DNA from: Rhizophagus irregularis
Taxonomy: Eukaryota
DNA: 64,000 nt
Direction of reading: 5' to 3'
Assembly (NCBI RefSeq): GCF_026210795.1
Contig: NC_089436.1
Location: 868,001 to 932,000, forward strand
The position numbers and the translations under genes were made by a program. This document shows, in pieces, positions 63,586 to 64,000 of this stretch (position 1 is its first letter; each line of letters starts with the position of its first letter). The notes beneath the pieces are model-generated. The model made no database searches. It was not told where the DNA came from and worked only from the letters and a program-made list of their open reading frames with translations.

Positions 63586-64000
63586 TAGGGATGCCAAAAG
63601 TTCGGTTATGACCGATCATAACCGGTTTTTACCGGTTCGGTTACGGTTCGGTTCCAGTCTAAAACCGACCGGTTAACCGACGGTTTTATATATAAAAAAA
63701 CCGATCAAAAAACCGATACTGCTAATTGATTATTAAATGACGATATATTACAAATTTGATACATATGATATTAAATAACTTGTTTTTATTATTCTGCGGA
63801 AATTATATAAGCTGTAAATCACTGCACCATTACTAAAATTAGTTTATTGGCTTATTTTCATATGCAAATGTTTTTTTGTAAAGTGCGCTTAAAAAAAAAA
63901 AAAATTTATTAAAATATTTTTATTCTTTTTTTAACAAATCATCAAAGTATCTATTTATTAATTTTTTTTGCCTAAATAATTGATTTTAAAATTAATGGAT
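63586..64000. mobile_element. End of a hAT element running off the window
   Basis: TAGGGATGCC terminus followed by dense ACCG/CGGT subterminal repeats. Confidence 0.75.

Overview
Very AT-rich, intron-containing eukaryotic DNA. Gene content (BTB gene, Crinkler gene, F-box/LRR remnant, Plavaka/CACTA/hAT/pogo transposons) suggests an arbuscular mycorrhizal fungus such as Rhizophagus (inference). Host genes are few: a BTB/POZ gene at the left edge, TRAPPC2L, a SAM-dependent methyltransferase, an unknown protein with an N/Y-rich tail, and a Crinkler NTPase-nuclease gene. Most of 3.4-11.5 kb and 20-59.5 kb is a nest of DNA transposons, many of which I could bound by terminal inverted repeats (TIRs) and target-site duplications (TSDs). 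The most unusual observations are: (1) a decayed RAG1/Transib-like transposase with a probable N-terminal FYR domain, tail-to-tail with a C2H2 gene, split by a Plavaka element and possibly carried inside a hAT element; (2) tandem micro-exon/intron arrays inside non-autonomous elements whose branch points, and some 5' splice sites, sit in palindromes; (3) a ~1.1 kb tRNA-headed SINE; (4) a near-intact three-gene Plavaka element with an internal 200-bp inverted repeat and a matching foldback MITE. All protein family calls come from motif recognition by eye; no searches were run. Some single-base frameshifts may be assembly errors.
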